In this document: positions 8,965 to 19,375 of the stretch, piece by piece
How positions within the stretch are numbered: position 1 is the stretch's first letter
Layout of the letters: every line of letters begins with the position of its first letter
Source of the DNA: Syntrophomonadaceae bacterium
Lineage (GTDB): Bacteria; Bacillota; Dethiobacteria; DTU022
Length of the DNA stretch: 64,000 nucleotides
Direction: 5' to 3'
Assembly (NCBI GenBank): GCA_007119965.1
Contig: SKOR01000037.1
Location: 32,595-96,594 of the forward strand
Program-made: the position numbers and the translations under genes
The notes under the pieces: generated by a model
What the model was told of the DNA's origin: nothing
Database searches by the model: none
What the model saw: the letters and a program-made list of their open reading frames with translations, nothing else

Positions 8965-10515
8965 TTATTTAGCGTAATCAACTGCTCTCGTTTCCCGGAT
9001 CACGGTCACTTTAATCTGCCCGGGGTATTCAAGTTCACCTTCTATTTTTTTAACAATATCTCTTGCTACCTGGATCGAGGTGTAATCATCAATCCGATCC
9101 GGCTTAACCATGATTCTGATTTCGCGACCGGCATGGATAGCGTAAGATTTTTCGACTCCTTCAAAGGAATCAGCGATATTCTCCAGTTTTTCAAGGCGCT
9201 TGATATATGCTTCCAGGGTTTCACGCCGTGCCCCGGGCCTGACTGCCGATATGGCATCAGCAGACTGGATCAATACTGCTTCGAGGGTATGAAAATCCAC
9301 ATCGCCATGGTGGGCTTCAATGGCATTAACAATACCCGGTGTTTCTTTGTATTTCTTAGCCAGTTGTGCACCGATCTCCACATGAGACCCTTCTGTTTCA
9401 TGATCAATCGCCTTACCGATATCATGAAGCAGGCCTGCCCTCTTGGCGAAAGTTACGTCGAGTCCCAGCTCGGCAGCCATAATCCCTGCCAGGTGGGCGA
9501 CTTCGATTGAATGCTGCAATACGTTTTGCCCGTAACTGGTCCTGAATCGCAGTTTCCCCAGTAAAAATACGATATCCGGGTGTAAACCATGAACCCTCGA
9601 TTCAAAGGTAGCCCGCTCGCCTTCTTCCTTGATCTGGGAGTCGACTTCTTTGCGTGTCTTTTCAACTATTTCTTCGATCCTGGCCGGGTGGATCCGCCCG
9701 TCACTGACCAGCTTTTCCAGGGAAAGGCGGGCAACTTCACGCCTGATTGGATCAAAGCCTGAGATAATAACCGCTTCAGGGGTATCATCGATAATTAAAT
9801 CAATACCGGTTAGTGTTTCCAGCGCCCTGATATTGCGGCCTTCACGGCCGATAATGCGGCCTTTCATTTCATCGTTAGGCAGTGAAACAACAGAAACGGT
9901 CGTCTCTGTAACATGGTCGGCTGCGTAACGCTGTATAGCCAGGGTAACAATTTCACGGGCTTTTTTCTCTCCCTCTGCCTTGGCCTGACTCTCCATATCC
10001 TTAACCATGACTATCATTTCGTGTTCGATCTCATTCCTGACCCTCTGCAGCAGAACGTCCTTTGCTTCTTCGGATGTCATACCCGATACTCTTTCCAGTT
10101 CGTTAAGCTGCTGTTGGTGCAGGTTGGTCAATTCTTCCCTGAAAGCCATGTTGTCCTCTTCTTTTTGCTTCAGTTCTTCTTCTTTACGCTCGACAGAATT
10201 CATCTTACGATCGAGACTTTCCTCTTTTTGATCTAATCTCCGCTCCAGCCGCTGCAGTTCTGAGCGCCTCTCTTTGCTTTCTTTTTCGAGATCGCTCCTG
10301 AGACGATGGGCTTCTTCTTTAGCTTCGAGCTGTTTTTCTCTTTTTAAAGAATTTGCTTCCTGGTTTGCTTCTTCGATAATTTTTTTGGCTGCTGCTTCAG
10401 CAGAAGATATCTTCGCTTCAGCAATCATTTTGCGGATAAAATAACCGCCCCCGATACCTAACAGCAAGGCAGCTATAATCATCAGTAAATTTTCCAGCAT
10501 ATAACTCACCTCCAT
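8965..10515 (-). CDS. rny: Ribonuclease Y
   Basis: N-terminal TM helix, coiled-coil region, KH domain ([15 protein letters not shown]) and HD domain (HDIGKA). SD GGAGGTG. Confidence 0.9.
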   Translation of the reverse strand: MEVSYMLENLLMIIAALLLGIGGGYFIRKMIAEAKISSAEAAAKKIIEEANQEANSLKREKQLEAKEEAHRLRSDLEKESKERRSELQRLERRLDQKEESLDRKMNSVERKEEELKQKEEDNMAFREELTNLHQQQLNELERVSGMTSEEAKDVLLQRVRNEIEHEMIVMVKDMESQAKAEGEKKAREIVTLAIQRYAADHVTETTVSVVSLPNDEMKGRIIGREGRNIRALETLTGIDLIIDDTPEAVIISGFDPIRREVARLSLEKLVSDGRIHPARIEEIVEKTRKEVDSQIKEEGERATFESRVHGLHPDIVFLLGKLRFRTSYGQNVLQHSIEVAHLAGIMAAELGLDVTFAKRAGLLHDIGKAIDHETEGSHVEIGAQLAKKYKETPGIVNAIEAHHGDVDFHTLEAVLIQSADAISAVRPGARRETLEAYIKRLEKLENIADSFEGVEKSYAIHAGREIRIMVKPDRIDDYTSIQVARDIVKKIEGELEYPGQIKVTVIRETRAVDYAK

Positions 10516-10549
10516 TTCATAGTATTGGCACCATTAGTTATTTGATCTT

Positions 10550-10581
10550 AAAAAAAATAAGCTGTGTCCGGGACACAGCTT
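10550..10581 (-). terminator. Rho-independent terminator after recA-recX
   Basis: Perfect hairpin AAGCTGTGTCC-CGG-GGACACAGCTT, followed on the minus strand by an 8-nt U run. Confidence 0.6.
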
Positions 10582-10778
10582 ATCAGAGAAAAGTCAGATA
10601 AAGGATATAATAATCCCTTTAGCAAAAAGCAAGATTAATTTATGCTCTTTTAATCTATCTTTAGTATCTTTCGATACCAGTGACTTTCTCTTCTCAGTTA
10701 TGACCTGAACCACTGTCACAAAAGTTTTACTTTTACATAATAATTGTAGCCTTTATAAAATATTATGTCAAGAAGAGA

Positions 10779-11255
10779 TTACTCGGAAAGCCCATATTCT
10801 TTAAGAGCTTTGAAAATCAGTCCGTCCTGAAAACCGCGCCTCTTCAGATAAGCCGCCTGGCGGTTCACCCAGCGATGATCAACCTGGCCGTTATAAGGCT
10901 CTCTTCTGGCCAGCAGTTCCCTGATCCTGCATAGATCGTCCTCGGGATCAAACATTTCTGCTGTCAGTTGATCAATTATCTGCCTGTCGACGCCTTTCAC
11001 CTGCAGTTCATAGCGGACTTTTTTCAGGCCATGGCCGCCCGATTTACGGTAACTGATTAAATCCGAAGCAAACTTGCGATCATCAAGATACCCGTATTCC
11101 AGCATTTCATTTAATACGGTATCGGCCACATTAGCATTGAAACCTTTTCGCGCCAAATAATCGGCCACTTCCCTGGCGCTGCGAGCCCTGTAGCCCAGCA
11201 GGCGCAAAACCCTGCTGCGGGCCTTTTTCAGATCCGCCCGGTCATCCAAGTTCAT
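10779..11255 (-). CDS. recX: RecA regulator RecX
   Basis: 158-aa protein with RecX-type helical repeats. It lies immediately downstream of recA. Confidence 0.8.
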   Translation of the reverse strand: MNLDDRADLKKARSRVLRLLGYRARSAREVADYLARKGFNANVADTVLNEMLEYGYLDDRKFASDLISYRKSGGHGLKKVRYELQVKGVDRQIIDQLTAEMFDPEDDLCRIRELLARREPYNGQVDHRWVNRQAAYLKRRGFQDGLIFKALKEYGLSE

Positions 11256-11275
11256 TCAACTCCACGGCAGGCAGG

Positions 11276-12370
11276 TTACTTGTCCTTCTTCCCTGTTTCC
11301 AGGTCCTGATCGCTCTTTTTCCGGACATCGCCGCCGTCAGCAGCCTTTTCTTCGGTTTTAACAGCGGCGACAGGGGCATTATTGATTGGCAGGCCGGCCA
11401 GCTCACGGACTTTTGTTTCAATCTCATTGCGCATGGCAGGGTTTTCCTTTAAATATTCCCTGACATTTTCCCGGCCCTGTCCCAGCCTCTCCTCACCGTA
11501 TGAGTACCAGGCACCGCTCTTGTTTATCACGTTATGCTCCAGGCCGAGGTCTATCAGCGACCCTTCCGCCGAAACCCCCTTGCCGTATAATATGTCGAAT
11601 TCGGCGATTTTAAAAGGTGGCGCCACCTTGTTTTTAACCACTTTAACCCGCGTCCTGTTGCCGATAATCTGATCGGAACCGATTTTAAGCGATTCAATTC
11701 TTCTGACATCCATTCTGACTGACGAATAAAATTTTAAGGCCCGGCCACCGGGAGTAACTTCCGGGTTACCGAACATAACCCCAACTTTTTCTCTGATCTG
11801 GTTAATAAATATGGCGCTGGTCTTCGATTTGCTGATCACACCCGATAATTTACGCAGGGCCTGCGACATCAGCCTGGCCTGCAGGCCAACATGGGCATCG
11901 CCCATTTCGCCTTCAATTTCTGCTCTCGGCACTAAAGCTGCCACCGAGTCGATTACCAGGACATCGATTGCATTGCTGCGCACCAAAGCTTCGGCAATCT
12001 CCAGGGCCTGCTCACCCGTGTCAGGCTGGGATACAAGCAGTTCATCAAGATTGACTCCAAGATTGGTGGCATACTGCGGGTCGAGAGCATGCTCTGCATC
12101 GATAAAGGCTGCATAGCCGCCTCTTTTTTGTGCTTCAGCTATAATATGCAAGGCAACAGTGGTTTTACCGGATGATTCGGGGCCGAATATTTCGATTACC
12201 CTGCCCCTGGGCACCCCTCCCACTCCCAGGGCGACATCCAAAACGAGGCTGCCTGTTGGGATGGCTGCAATTTCCACCCTGGCATCCGAGCCAAGCTTCA
12301 TGACCGAACCCTTGCCGAATTGCTTTTCGATTTGTACTAATGCTGCTTCCAGTGCTTTTTCTTTTTCCAT
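11276..12370 (-). CDS. recA: Recombinase RecA
   Basis: Walker [10 protein letters not shown] and canonical RecA blocks ([25 protein letters not shown]). Confidence 0.95.
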   Translation of the reverse strand: MEKEKALEAALVQIEKQFGKGSVMKLGSDARVEIAAIPTGSLVLDVALGVGGVPRGRVIEIFGPESSGKTTVALHIIAEAQKRGGYAAFIDAEHALDPQYATNLGVNLDELLVSQPDTGEQALEIAEALVRSNAIDVLVIDSVAALVPRAEIEGEMGDAHVGLQARLMSQALRKLSGVISKSKTSAIFINQIREKVGVMFGNPEVTPGGRALKFYSSVRMDVRRIESLKIGSDQIIGNRTRVKVVKNKVAPPFKIAEFDILYGKGVSAEGSLIDLGLEHNVINKSGAWYSYGEERLGQGRENVREYLKENPAMRNEIETKVRELAGLPINNAPVAAVKTEEKAADGGDVRKKSDQDLETGKKDK

Positions 12371-12437
12371 CTGTCTTTCCTCCTTATACTGGTCCTATTG
12401 ATTTCATATTTCGTTTTCCAATCATAATATCCTGCAA

Positions 12438-12998
12438 TTATATAAATGATTTCCTGTCGATTACCGTGTGCTGCGCACCCTGCGGAAGCAGTTTACTCTG
12501 GAACAGGGTAATCTCTTTTACATCAACCGGGGAGCTTTCGAAAGAGCTTTCGTCTTCAAGGAATTTCCTGACCATGTTAGCCGGCAGCGGTTTGCGCAGC
12601 CTGCCAATTGTCAGGTGCGGCCGGTAAAGCCGGTTTTTCCGTTCAAAACCGGATCCGGCCATATTTTCTTCGAGGCTGTCCGCAAGCATAGTAACCTGCT
12701 TTTCACCTTCTTTTAAACCGGTCCAGAGCACCCGCGCTTTTTGGGGGTTCGGAAAAACACCGCATCCCCCAAACCTGAGGGTAAAGGGCTTCAGCTCTTT
12801 AGAGGCTATTTCCATCGCTTCCATGACCGGGGCGACTTTATCTTCAGCGCATTCGCCTAAAAACTTCAGGGTCAGGTGCATGTTTTCTGCCCGCACCCAG
12901 CTTACCCCGGCAAATCTTTGCTTTGCCCTTTTTTGCAGTTCAAGAATTTCCAGTTTCTTTCGGCCCGCCAGTTCAATCGCGATAAACAGCCGTAACAA
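12438..12998 (-). CDS. thpR: RNA 2',3'-cyclic phosphodiesterase (2H phosphoesterase, ThpR/LigT)
   Basis: Two H-x-T-x motifs (HLTLKFLG and HLTIGRL). Confidence 0.8.
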   Translation of the reverse strand: MLRLFIAIELAGRKKLEILELQKRAKQRFAGVSWVRAENMHLTLKFLGECAEDKVAPVMEAMEIASKELKPFTLRFGGCGVFPNPQKARVLWTGLKEGEKQVTMLADSLEENMAGSGFERKNRLYRPHLTIGRLRKPLPANMVRKFLEDESSFESSPVDVKEITLFQSKLLPQGAQHTVIDRKSFI

Positions 12999-13047
12999 GG
13001 CAATCCCTCCTCCCTGCCTGCCAATAAACAGTCTGCATTGGCGCTGC

Positions 13048-14280
13048 CTACAATCGCAGGAGGACTTTCCTCAGCATATCGAGGGCAATTTGAGCTGACC
13101 GCTCTTTTACTGCCCTCCTGCTGCCACCTAAATTAAGCTGCCTGCTTTCAGGGCCGCCGGGACCGTCAACAGCGGCATAAACCAGGCCGGCCGGGTTTCC
13201 GGCACGGTCGCTGTCGGGGCCGGCAACCCCGGTTATCCCGACGGCAAAGTCGGTCCGGAAAAGTTTTTTGGCCCCTTCAGCCATTGCCAGGGCCGTCGCT
13301 GCGCTGGTTTCCCCTTCCCGCTCCAACAGTTCCCGGCTGACTCCGAGCAGTTCGGTTTTCAGCTCTTTATTGTAGGCAATTAATCCGCCCCGGTAAAATT
13401 TTGAGCTGCCGGGTATGTCGGTAATCAAATCGGACAGAAGGCCGCCGCTGCATGATTCGGCCAGCGACAGGGTCAACCCCCCGGCAGTTAGCATCGCTGC
13501 CGCCAAACCGGCAAGGGTTTCGTCATCACTGCCGTAGATATGATCGCCAAGCACCGCACGCAGGCGTTTTTCCGCCTCTTCGATGGAACGTTCCGCCGCT
13601 TCGCGTTCTCCACTGCCCTTGATCTGCAAATCCACCTCGTAGCCCCGGGCTACATAAGATATCTGGGGAAGATCCCACTTTCCGACTGCTTTAATCTTTT
13701 CCTCCAGCATCGATTCACCGATGCCGATACATTTCAGGGTTTTCACTGCAGTCAGCCTGGTCTTGTTGTTCTCGGCCAGGAACGGGAGAACCTGTTCATC
13801 AAACATGGCCTGAAGTTCATGGGGCGGGCCGGGCAGCATGATAATATATTTGCCTTCTTTCTCCACAATAGCCCCGGGAGCGGTTCCCCTCCTGTTTTCC
13901 AGCAGGATGCTTCCTTCCAGCGCCATGGCCTGCTTGCGGTTATTGCCGGGCATCCTGAATCCGCGGCGGCTGAAGAACTGCTCCATTTTATCAAACCACT
14001 GTTGATTGAAAACCAGGGTCAGGCCCAGGATAGAAGCAACCGCTTCCCTGGTCAAATCGTCATCGGTTGGGCCTAAACCGCCGGTTAATATAACCAGGCT
14101 GCTTTCTTCCAGGGCTCTTTCCAGGGCACCCCTGATCGCTTCTTCATGATCGGCTACAACGCATGTTTCACGGACTGATATTCCCGTTGACCAGAGCCGC
14201 CTGGCCAGGAAGCCGGCATTGCTGTTCTCAATCAGGCCGGTCAGCAATTCGCTGCCGACGCAAATCAGATCTGCCTGCAA
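13048..14280 (-). CDS. cinA: Competence/damage-inducible protein CinA (MoCF-binding N-domain plus CinA C-domain)
   Basis: ADLICVGSELLTG N-terminus and a C-terminal CinA domain. TTG start with GGAGGTG SD. cinA-recA synteny. Confidence 0.85.
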   Translation of the reverse strand: MQADLICVGSELLTGLIENSNAGFLARRLWSTGISVRETCVVADHEEAIRGALERALEESSLVILTGGLGPTDDDLTREAVASILGLTLVFNQQWFDKMEQFFSRRGFRMPGNNRKQAMALEGSILLENRRGTAPGAIVEKEGKYIIMLPGPPHELQAMFDEQVLPFLAENNKTRLTAVKTLKCIGIGESMLEEKIKAVGKWDLPQISYVARGYEVDLQIKGSGEREAAERSIEEAEKRLRAVLGDHIYGSDDETLAGLAAAMLTAGGLTLSLAESCSGGLLSDLITDIPGSSKFYRGGLIAYNKELKTELLGVSRELLEREGETSAATALAMAEGAKKLFRTDFAVGITGVAGPDSDRAGNPAGLVYAAVDGPGGPESRQLNLGGSRRAVKERSAQIALDMLRKVLLRL

Positions 14281-14420
14281 TATTTTTCACCTCCGGGCAG
14301 CGCATAAAGCTTTGCTGCATTACCTTGATGTTTGCATATAAAGTTCGTCTCTTCTCGAATCTCTAAAGAGGACCGGATCGGCAGGTTAACCGGGCAGATC
14401 CTTCAGATCGGCATAAATAG

Positions 14421-15797
14421 CTATTTCTCTCTGATGGCCATTAAATTATAGGGAGATGCAGCGCATATTCTGACTGTCACCCAATCTCCGGGCAACAGCG
14501 GCTGGACTGACCGGAAATAGACTCCGCCGTCCACCTCGGGAGCCTGGTATTCGGTCCGTCCGTAATACCACCTGCTGCCGGGGCGGCGGGCTTTATCAAC
14601 CAAAACGGTAAGCGTCCTGCCGATCATCCTGCTGTTAAGACCCTGCGCAATTTTCTGCTGGGTGATCATCAGTTCACTGAGCCGCTTTTTGCTGACCCTC
14701 TGCGGAACCTGCTTGCAGTTATGATAAGCAGCAGTCCCTTTTTGCGGCGAATATGTAAATGCACCCAGGCGATCAAAGGCCTGCTCGGTAATAAACCGGA
14801 GCAGGCTCCCGAACTCCCGCCTGCTTTCACCTGGGTAGCCGACCATGCAGGTCGTCCGCAGCGCAATGTCCGGGACCTTTGTGCGCAGCCGTTTAACAAG
14901 CTCAGTAAGATCGCCGCTGCCGTATTTTCGGCCCATCAGCGAGAGGACCCTGTCACTGCTATGCTGAATTGGGATATCAAGGTAATTACAGATTCTCGGT
15001 TGATCAGCAATCAGGCTGATCAGATCATCGGTAATCCTCGACGGGTAGGTATACATGATCCGCAGTCGGAAATCATCTTCCAGGCTCAGGATCTGCCTGA
15101 TCAACCCGGCCAGGTCGGGAAGACCTTCCTGATCGGTGCCATAAGCAGTAGTGTCCTGGGCAATCAGGTTGATTTCCCGGGTCCCTTTTTGCAGCAGCCC
15201 TTCTGCCTCGGCTACGATTTCCCCGGGAGGACGGCTGCGGTAAGGTCCGCGGATGCCGGGAATCAGGCAGTAGCTGCAGCGGTTACTGCAGCCTTCGCCT
15301 ATCTTGATATCGGCGCTGTGGGCCGGTGTAGTCAACACCCGCGGGGCCAGCGAAAAGTAATCTTCTGAAGGTTTTTGCCTGATCACTGTCCGTTTCCCGG
15401 CCAGCAGCAATTTCATGAACCGGTCAAGCCGCCTGTAACTGTGAACACCGATAGCCCCGTCTACTTCGGCCAGCGACCTGATAATTTTATTGCCAAACAG
15501 TTCAACAAGGCACCCGGCGGCCACTATTTTCGGGCCTTCACCCCGTGTCCCTGCTGACATTTCGAGCAGCGTATCGATCGATTCCTGCTGGGCAGCTTCG
15601 ATAAAACTGCAGGTATTCACAAATATTACATCGGCTGACCGGTAGTCCTCGGTTAGAACGCAGCCCCATTTTCTGAGCTGGCCGAGCACTTCCTCTGTAT
15701 CGATCCTGTTTTTTGAACAGCCCAGCGATACAGCCGCAATTCTTACGCCGCTGTAATCAGGCTGTTTATGCGGTATTTTATGTTCACTGTCCGGCAA
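14421..15797 (-). CDS. rimO: Ribosomal protein S12 methylthiotransferase RimO (radical SAM MiaB family)
   Basis: MTTase N-domain (VSLGCSKN), radical-SAM CSNRCSYC and a C-terminal TRAM domain. The start is uncertain: TTG at 15797 lies after GGGAGG, while the ORF-track start at 15836 has no SD. Confidence 0.8.
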   Translation of the reverse strand: MPDSEHKIPHKQPDYSGVRIAAVSLGCSKNRIDTEEVLGQLRKWGCVLTEDYRSADVIFVNTCSFIEAAQQESIDTLLEMSAGTRGEGPKIVAAGCLVELFGNKIIRSLAEVDGAIGVHSYRRLDRFMKLLLAGKRTVIRQKPSEDYFSLAPRVLTTPAHSADIKIGEGCSNRCSYCLIPGIRGPYRSRPPGEIVAEAEGLLQKGTREINLIAQDTTAYGTDQEGLPDLAGLIRQILSLEDDFRLRIMYTYPSRITDDLISLIADQPRICNYLDIPIQHSSDRVLSLMGRKYGSGDLTELVKRLRTKVPDIALRTTCMVGYPGESRREFGSLLRFITEQAFDRLGAFTYSPQKGTAAYHNCKQVPQRVSKKRLSELMITQQKIAQGLNSRMIGRTLTVLVDKARRPGSRWYYGRTEYQAPEVDGGVYFRSVQPLLPGDWVTVRICAASPYNLMAIREK

Positions 15798-15840
15798 ATA
15801 AATCTCTTTTTGCCTCCCTGTACCCTGAACGGGCAACTAT

Positions 15841-18174
15841 TTAAGTGGACTGACCTTCGTAATTTTCACATATTTGTGCCGCCTGTTCGGAGGTAATCAG
15901 TACCTCCCGCGGTTTGCTTCCTTCAAACGGCCCGACAACGCCCCTTCTTTCCAGGTCATCGATCAGGCGGGCAGCCCTTGTATAACCGATCCTGAAGCGG
16001 CGCTGCAGCAGCGATATCGATGCACTGCCGGTCCGCACTACCAGGTCAACCGCTTCGGCAAAGAGGGCGTCGCTCTCTTCTTCTTCTTTTTCTTCGGGGG
16101 TTTCAAGGAATGCACTGCCGTTTTCATACTCAACCCGGCCCTGTTCCTTGATAAAGTCGGTGACCTTTTTTACCTCTGCCTCGCTGATATATGCTCCCTG
16201 GACCCGGAAAGGTTTGACTGAGCCCACGGGATAAAAAAGCATGTCCCCACGGCCCAGCAGTTTTTCTGCCCCGGCCATATCAAGAATTGTCCGTGAGTCA
16301 AATTGAGATGAAACGGTAAAAGCGACCCTCGAGGTTATGTTAGCCTTGATAATCCCGGTCAATACGTCAACCGAAGGGCGCTGAGTGGCTACGATCAGGT
16401 GAATTCCTGCCGCCCGTGACATTTGAGCCAGCCTGGCGATTGAATCCTCTACTTCCCCTGGTGAAACCAGCATCAGGTCGGCCAGTTCGTCGATAATCAC
16501 CACGATAAAGGGCAGCTTCTCCAGTTCGGGATCTTCAGCGCAGAGTTCATTGTACGAGCCGATATCGCGAACTTCAAGGCGGGCGAATAAATCATAACGG
16601 CGCCCCATCTCCCTGACCATATTACGCAGGGCCAGCGCTGCCTTACGTGGATCGGTCAGGACAGGCATCAACAGGTGGGGTATCCCGTTGTAAACGCTCA
16701 ACTCAACAACCTTGGGGTCGATCATCAGGAAACGGACATTTTCAGGCCCGGCCTTGTAAAGAATGCTCGTGATCAGGGAGTTTAAGCAGACGCTTTTCCC
16801 GGCTCCCGTTGCCCCGGCGATCAGGAGATGCGGCATTTTTGCCAGGTCGGTAATAACCGGAATACCTGTAATATCTTTGCCCATGGCCACGGTAAGATAT
16901 GAAGCGCTGTTTTTGTAAACGCTGTCATCCATAACTTCCCGTAAGTTGACCAGGGCGATCACTTTATTGGGCACTTCTATGCCCAGCGCCGCCTTACCCG
17001 GAATCGGGGCTTCAATCCTGACCAGGGGGGCGGCCAGGTTAAGAGCCAGGTCATCTGAAAGGCTGATAATTTTACTGACTTTTACGCCGGCTTCAGGTTG
17101 AACTTCAAACCTGGTAATTGTCGGACCTGACTGGACATGGGTAACTTTAGCCCGCACACCGAAACTGTGCAGGGTATTCTCCAGAAGCCTGGCCCTGTCC
17201 CTGCTGCTTTTCTGGTGGTGCTGTTCGCCGGTTGAACGCGGCTTTGACAGCAGTTCCAGGGACGGGAACAGGTATTCCTGCGCCGATTGGCTGCCGCTGC
17301 TGACGGAAACTGCAGGTGCTGTGTCCGCCTCACCGCCGTTAAGGGCGCCTGCGGGCTGATCAGCCGCTTCGGTGCCTGCTCCTTCAGCCGCACTTTCCGG
17401 AACTTCAATGGCGTGGCCGTGGTTGCTGCTAACAACAACCGATTCCGCATCATTTATTTCACTGCCGCCGGTCCGGTTCAGGGCAGCCTGCTGCTCTGCC
17501 CCCTCTTTCCGGTTATAGGCGGCTGTTTTAATTTTTTCGTGTGAGTCGGAAGTTACATCGCCGATTATTTCAAAAACATATTTTGCCGAAGCTTTCAGAA
17601 CGCCTGTAAACCAGGCCGCCGCCCGCGATAATGTTTTAACAAAGCGTTTAATTGATATATTAAAGACCAAAAAGACCGCTATACAGGCCAGGGCAGCGAC
17701 CAGGATCCTGCTGCCGAACGGCCCGAGCAGGTATAACAGGGCTGCTGCAAAGGCAGCGCCGATAACCCCGCCGCCCTGCTGGTTTAAACCGAGCACAAAG
17801 CTCCGGTAAAAAAGATCATCTGCCGGGGGAAGCGGATCAGGCATTTGCCGGAGATGAACCCAAACCATGAACAGGAGCTGCAGGGCTAAAAGGCCGATCA
17901 GCCTGTTCCTGATGTTCCAGCGCCCCTGGGGCAGAAGCTGCCGCAGGGCCAGAAGGGCTATGAAGAAGGGAATTACTACAGCGGCATCCCCGGCCAGCAT
18001 GCGCAGGATACTGTTAACATATACGCCAACACCGCCGGCCTGGCCGGGGTGAAGAAGGCCGACATAGCAAAATGCGGCCAGGGCCAGCAGCAGTATGCCT
18101 TTAACCTGGGAACGCATTTCCTTATTTAAGCCTTTTTTCCGTCGCTTGGCCAAGTGCTGCAATCCACCTTTCAC
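15841..18174 (-). CDS. ftsK: DNA translocase FtsK/SpoIIIE
   Basis: N-terminal TM segments, Pro/Ala-rich linker, AAA motor with Walker A GATGAGKS, and a C-terminal gamma winged-helix domain. Confidence 0.9.
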   Translation of the reverse strand: MKGGLQHLAKRRKKGLNKEMRSQVKGILLLALAAFCYVGLLHPGQAGGVGVYVNSILRMLAGDAAVVIPFFIALLALRQLLPQGRWNIRNRLIGLLALQLLFMVWVHLRQMPDPLPPADDLFYRSFVLGLNQQGGGVIGAAFAAALLYLLGPFGSRILVAALACIAVFLVFNISIKRFVKTLSRAAAWFTGVLKASAKYVFEIIGDVTSDSHEKIKTAAYNRKEGAEQQAALNRTGGSEINDAESVVVSSNHGHAIEVPESAAEGAGTEAADQPAGALNGGEADTAPAVSVSSGSQSAQEYLFPSLELLSKPRSTGEQHHQKSSRDRARLLENTLHSFGVRAKVTHVQSGPTITRFEVQPEAGVKVSKIISLSDDLALNLAAPLVRIEAPIPGKAALGIEVPNKVIALVNLREVMDDSVYKNSASYLTVAMGKDITGIPVITDLAKMPHLLIAGATGAGKSVCLNSLITSILYKAGPENVRFLMIDPKVVELSVYNGIPHLLMPVLTDPRKAALALRNMVREMGRRYDLFARLEVRDIGSYNELCAEDPELEKLPFIVVIIDELADLMLVSPGEVEDSIARLAQMSRAAGIHLIVATQRPSVDVLTGIIKANITSRVAFTVSSQFDSRTILDMAGAEKLLGRGDMLFYPVGSVKPFRVQGAYISEAEVKKVTDFIKEQGRVEYENGSAFLETPEEKEEEESDALFAEAVDLVVRTGSASISLLQRRFRIGYTRAARLIDDLERRGVVGPFEGSKPREVLITSEQAAQICENYEGQST

Positions 18175-18268
18175 CGGCCCGGGCCTGCTGCCTTAAGCGC
18201 GGTCGGGCAAATAGCCTGACAGTATTATAAAACTAATGTTCGGTTTTGTAAAGTGCGCTTAAACCCGA

Positions 18269-19165
18269 TCAAGTGCCGAAAAGCACTTTCATCCCTTTCG
18301 GTTCAAGGGTGAAGTGCATCTCGTCGCCGAAATATATCTCGCCCTCCATGTGCAGGGGCCGGACCTCGCTGAGTTTCAGCTTTAATTCCTTTGTCCGGTA
18401 CATATTGGCCTGTTCCAGGTTTTTCAGTTTGCCGCTGAAGACTTTCGGAAAATGGTAGATCAGGCCCAGGCGGTTCATCCTGTCGAAAACGCAGACATCA
18501 AAGAGCCCGTCATCCTGGATGGCGTCGGGAACTATTCTCATCCCGCCGCCGTAAGCCTGGCCGATACCGACGGCAACAAGGACAGGATCAGATTTAACGG
18601 GGCCGCTGCCTAAATCGATTTCCATCTGGACATATTGATATGAAAGAAGTGTCTCAAAAAAGGCATAGATATAAGCGGAGACCCCATTAAAAAGCCTGAT
18701 CCCGCGGTTAACCCTCAGCGCTACCGCTGCATCAAAGCCGACTCCCACGGAATTTATAAAATAACGTTCCATTACCCTTCCCAGATCAATTGCCCTTATC
18801 TCGCTTCTCAGCAGGGACTTGCAGGCCTCGTCAATATTTTTGGGCATCGCTACGGCTGTCGCAAAGTCGTTGCCCTTGCCGCCGTGAATCGCGGCCAGCG
18901 CAGCCCCGCTCCCAACAAGGCCGTTTAAAACTTCATTAACCGTACCGTCGCCGCCGGCGGCGACAACGATATCAAAACCTTCTTCAGCAGCTCTGGCAGC
19001 AGCCAGGGTTGCATCGCGCGGCCCCGTGGTCCGGTATATCTTAAATTCAGCTCCCGCTGCCCTGAAGTTCTCTTCAATCCTGTAAACCTGCGAATTTGCT
19101 TTACCACCACCCGCAATCGGGTTGACAATAAAACAGTAGCTTTTCAACGAGCCAACTCCCCTCAA
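18269..19165 (-). CDS. Diacylglycerol/lipid kinase catalytic-domain protein (YegS/DgkB family)
   Basis: DAGK_cat motif VAAGGDGTVNEVLNGL. Size 298 aa. Confidence 0.8.
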   Translation of the reverse strand: MRGVGSLKSYCFIVNPIAGGGKANSQVYRIEENFRAAGAEFKIYRTTGPRDATLAAARAAEEGFDIVVAAGGDGTVNEVLNGLVGSGAALAAIHGGKGNDFATAVAMPKNIDEACKSLLRSEIRAIDLGRVMERYFINSVGVGFDAAVALRVNRGIRLFNGVSAYIYAFFETLLSYQYVQMEIDLGSGPVKSDPVLVAVGIGQAYGGGMRIVPDAIQDDGLFDVCVFDRMNRLGLIYHFPKVFSGKLKNLEQANMYRTKELKLKLSEVRPLHMEGEIYFGDEMHFTLEPKGMKVLFGT

Positions 19166-19375
19166 ATAGCTGTTATGACAGGATCAAGCCCGGACAGGCA
19201 GTGTATACAGTGATCATCACCGGCCCGTCCGGACAGGCTGCACCGGTAGTTTTCGCCCGAGAGGCCTGCCCCGGAGAAATCCCCGTTTTTTTTCCGGCAG
19301 CCGCACCGCTGCAGCTGCCGGCCGGTTATAGATCCAGGCAGTCCCGGCCCGCGGCTCTCCCTGCAGGGATAAAGG

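Noticed and set aside
12371-12437. LexA/Cheo SOS box (GAAC-N4-GTTC) upstream of recA
   Set aside because: Only a non-palindromic partial match (CGAAATATGAAATC) is present. There is no clear Gram-positive SOS box, so the operator may be divergent in this lineage or located elsewhere.
19166-19375. GC-rich hairpins (CCGGCAGC...GCTGCCGG; CCCCGGAGAAATCCCCG plus a T8 run) between rnj and the lipid-kinase gene as a terminator
   Set aside because: For the minus-strand transcript the hairpin is followed by an A run, not a U run. The T run precedes the hairpin on the plus strand. The orientation does not fit an intrinsic terminator for any annotated gene.
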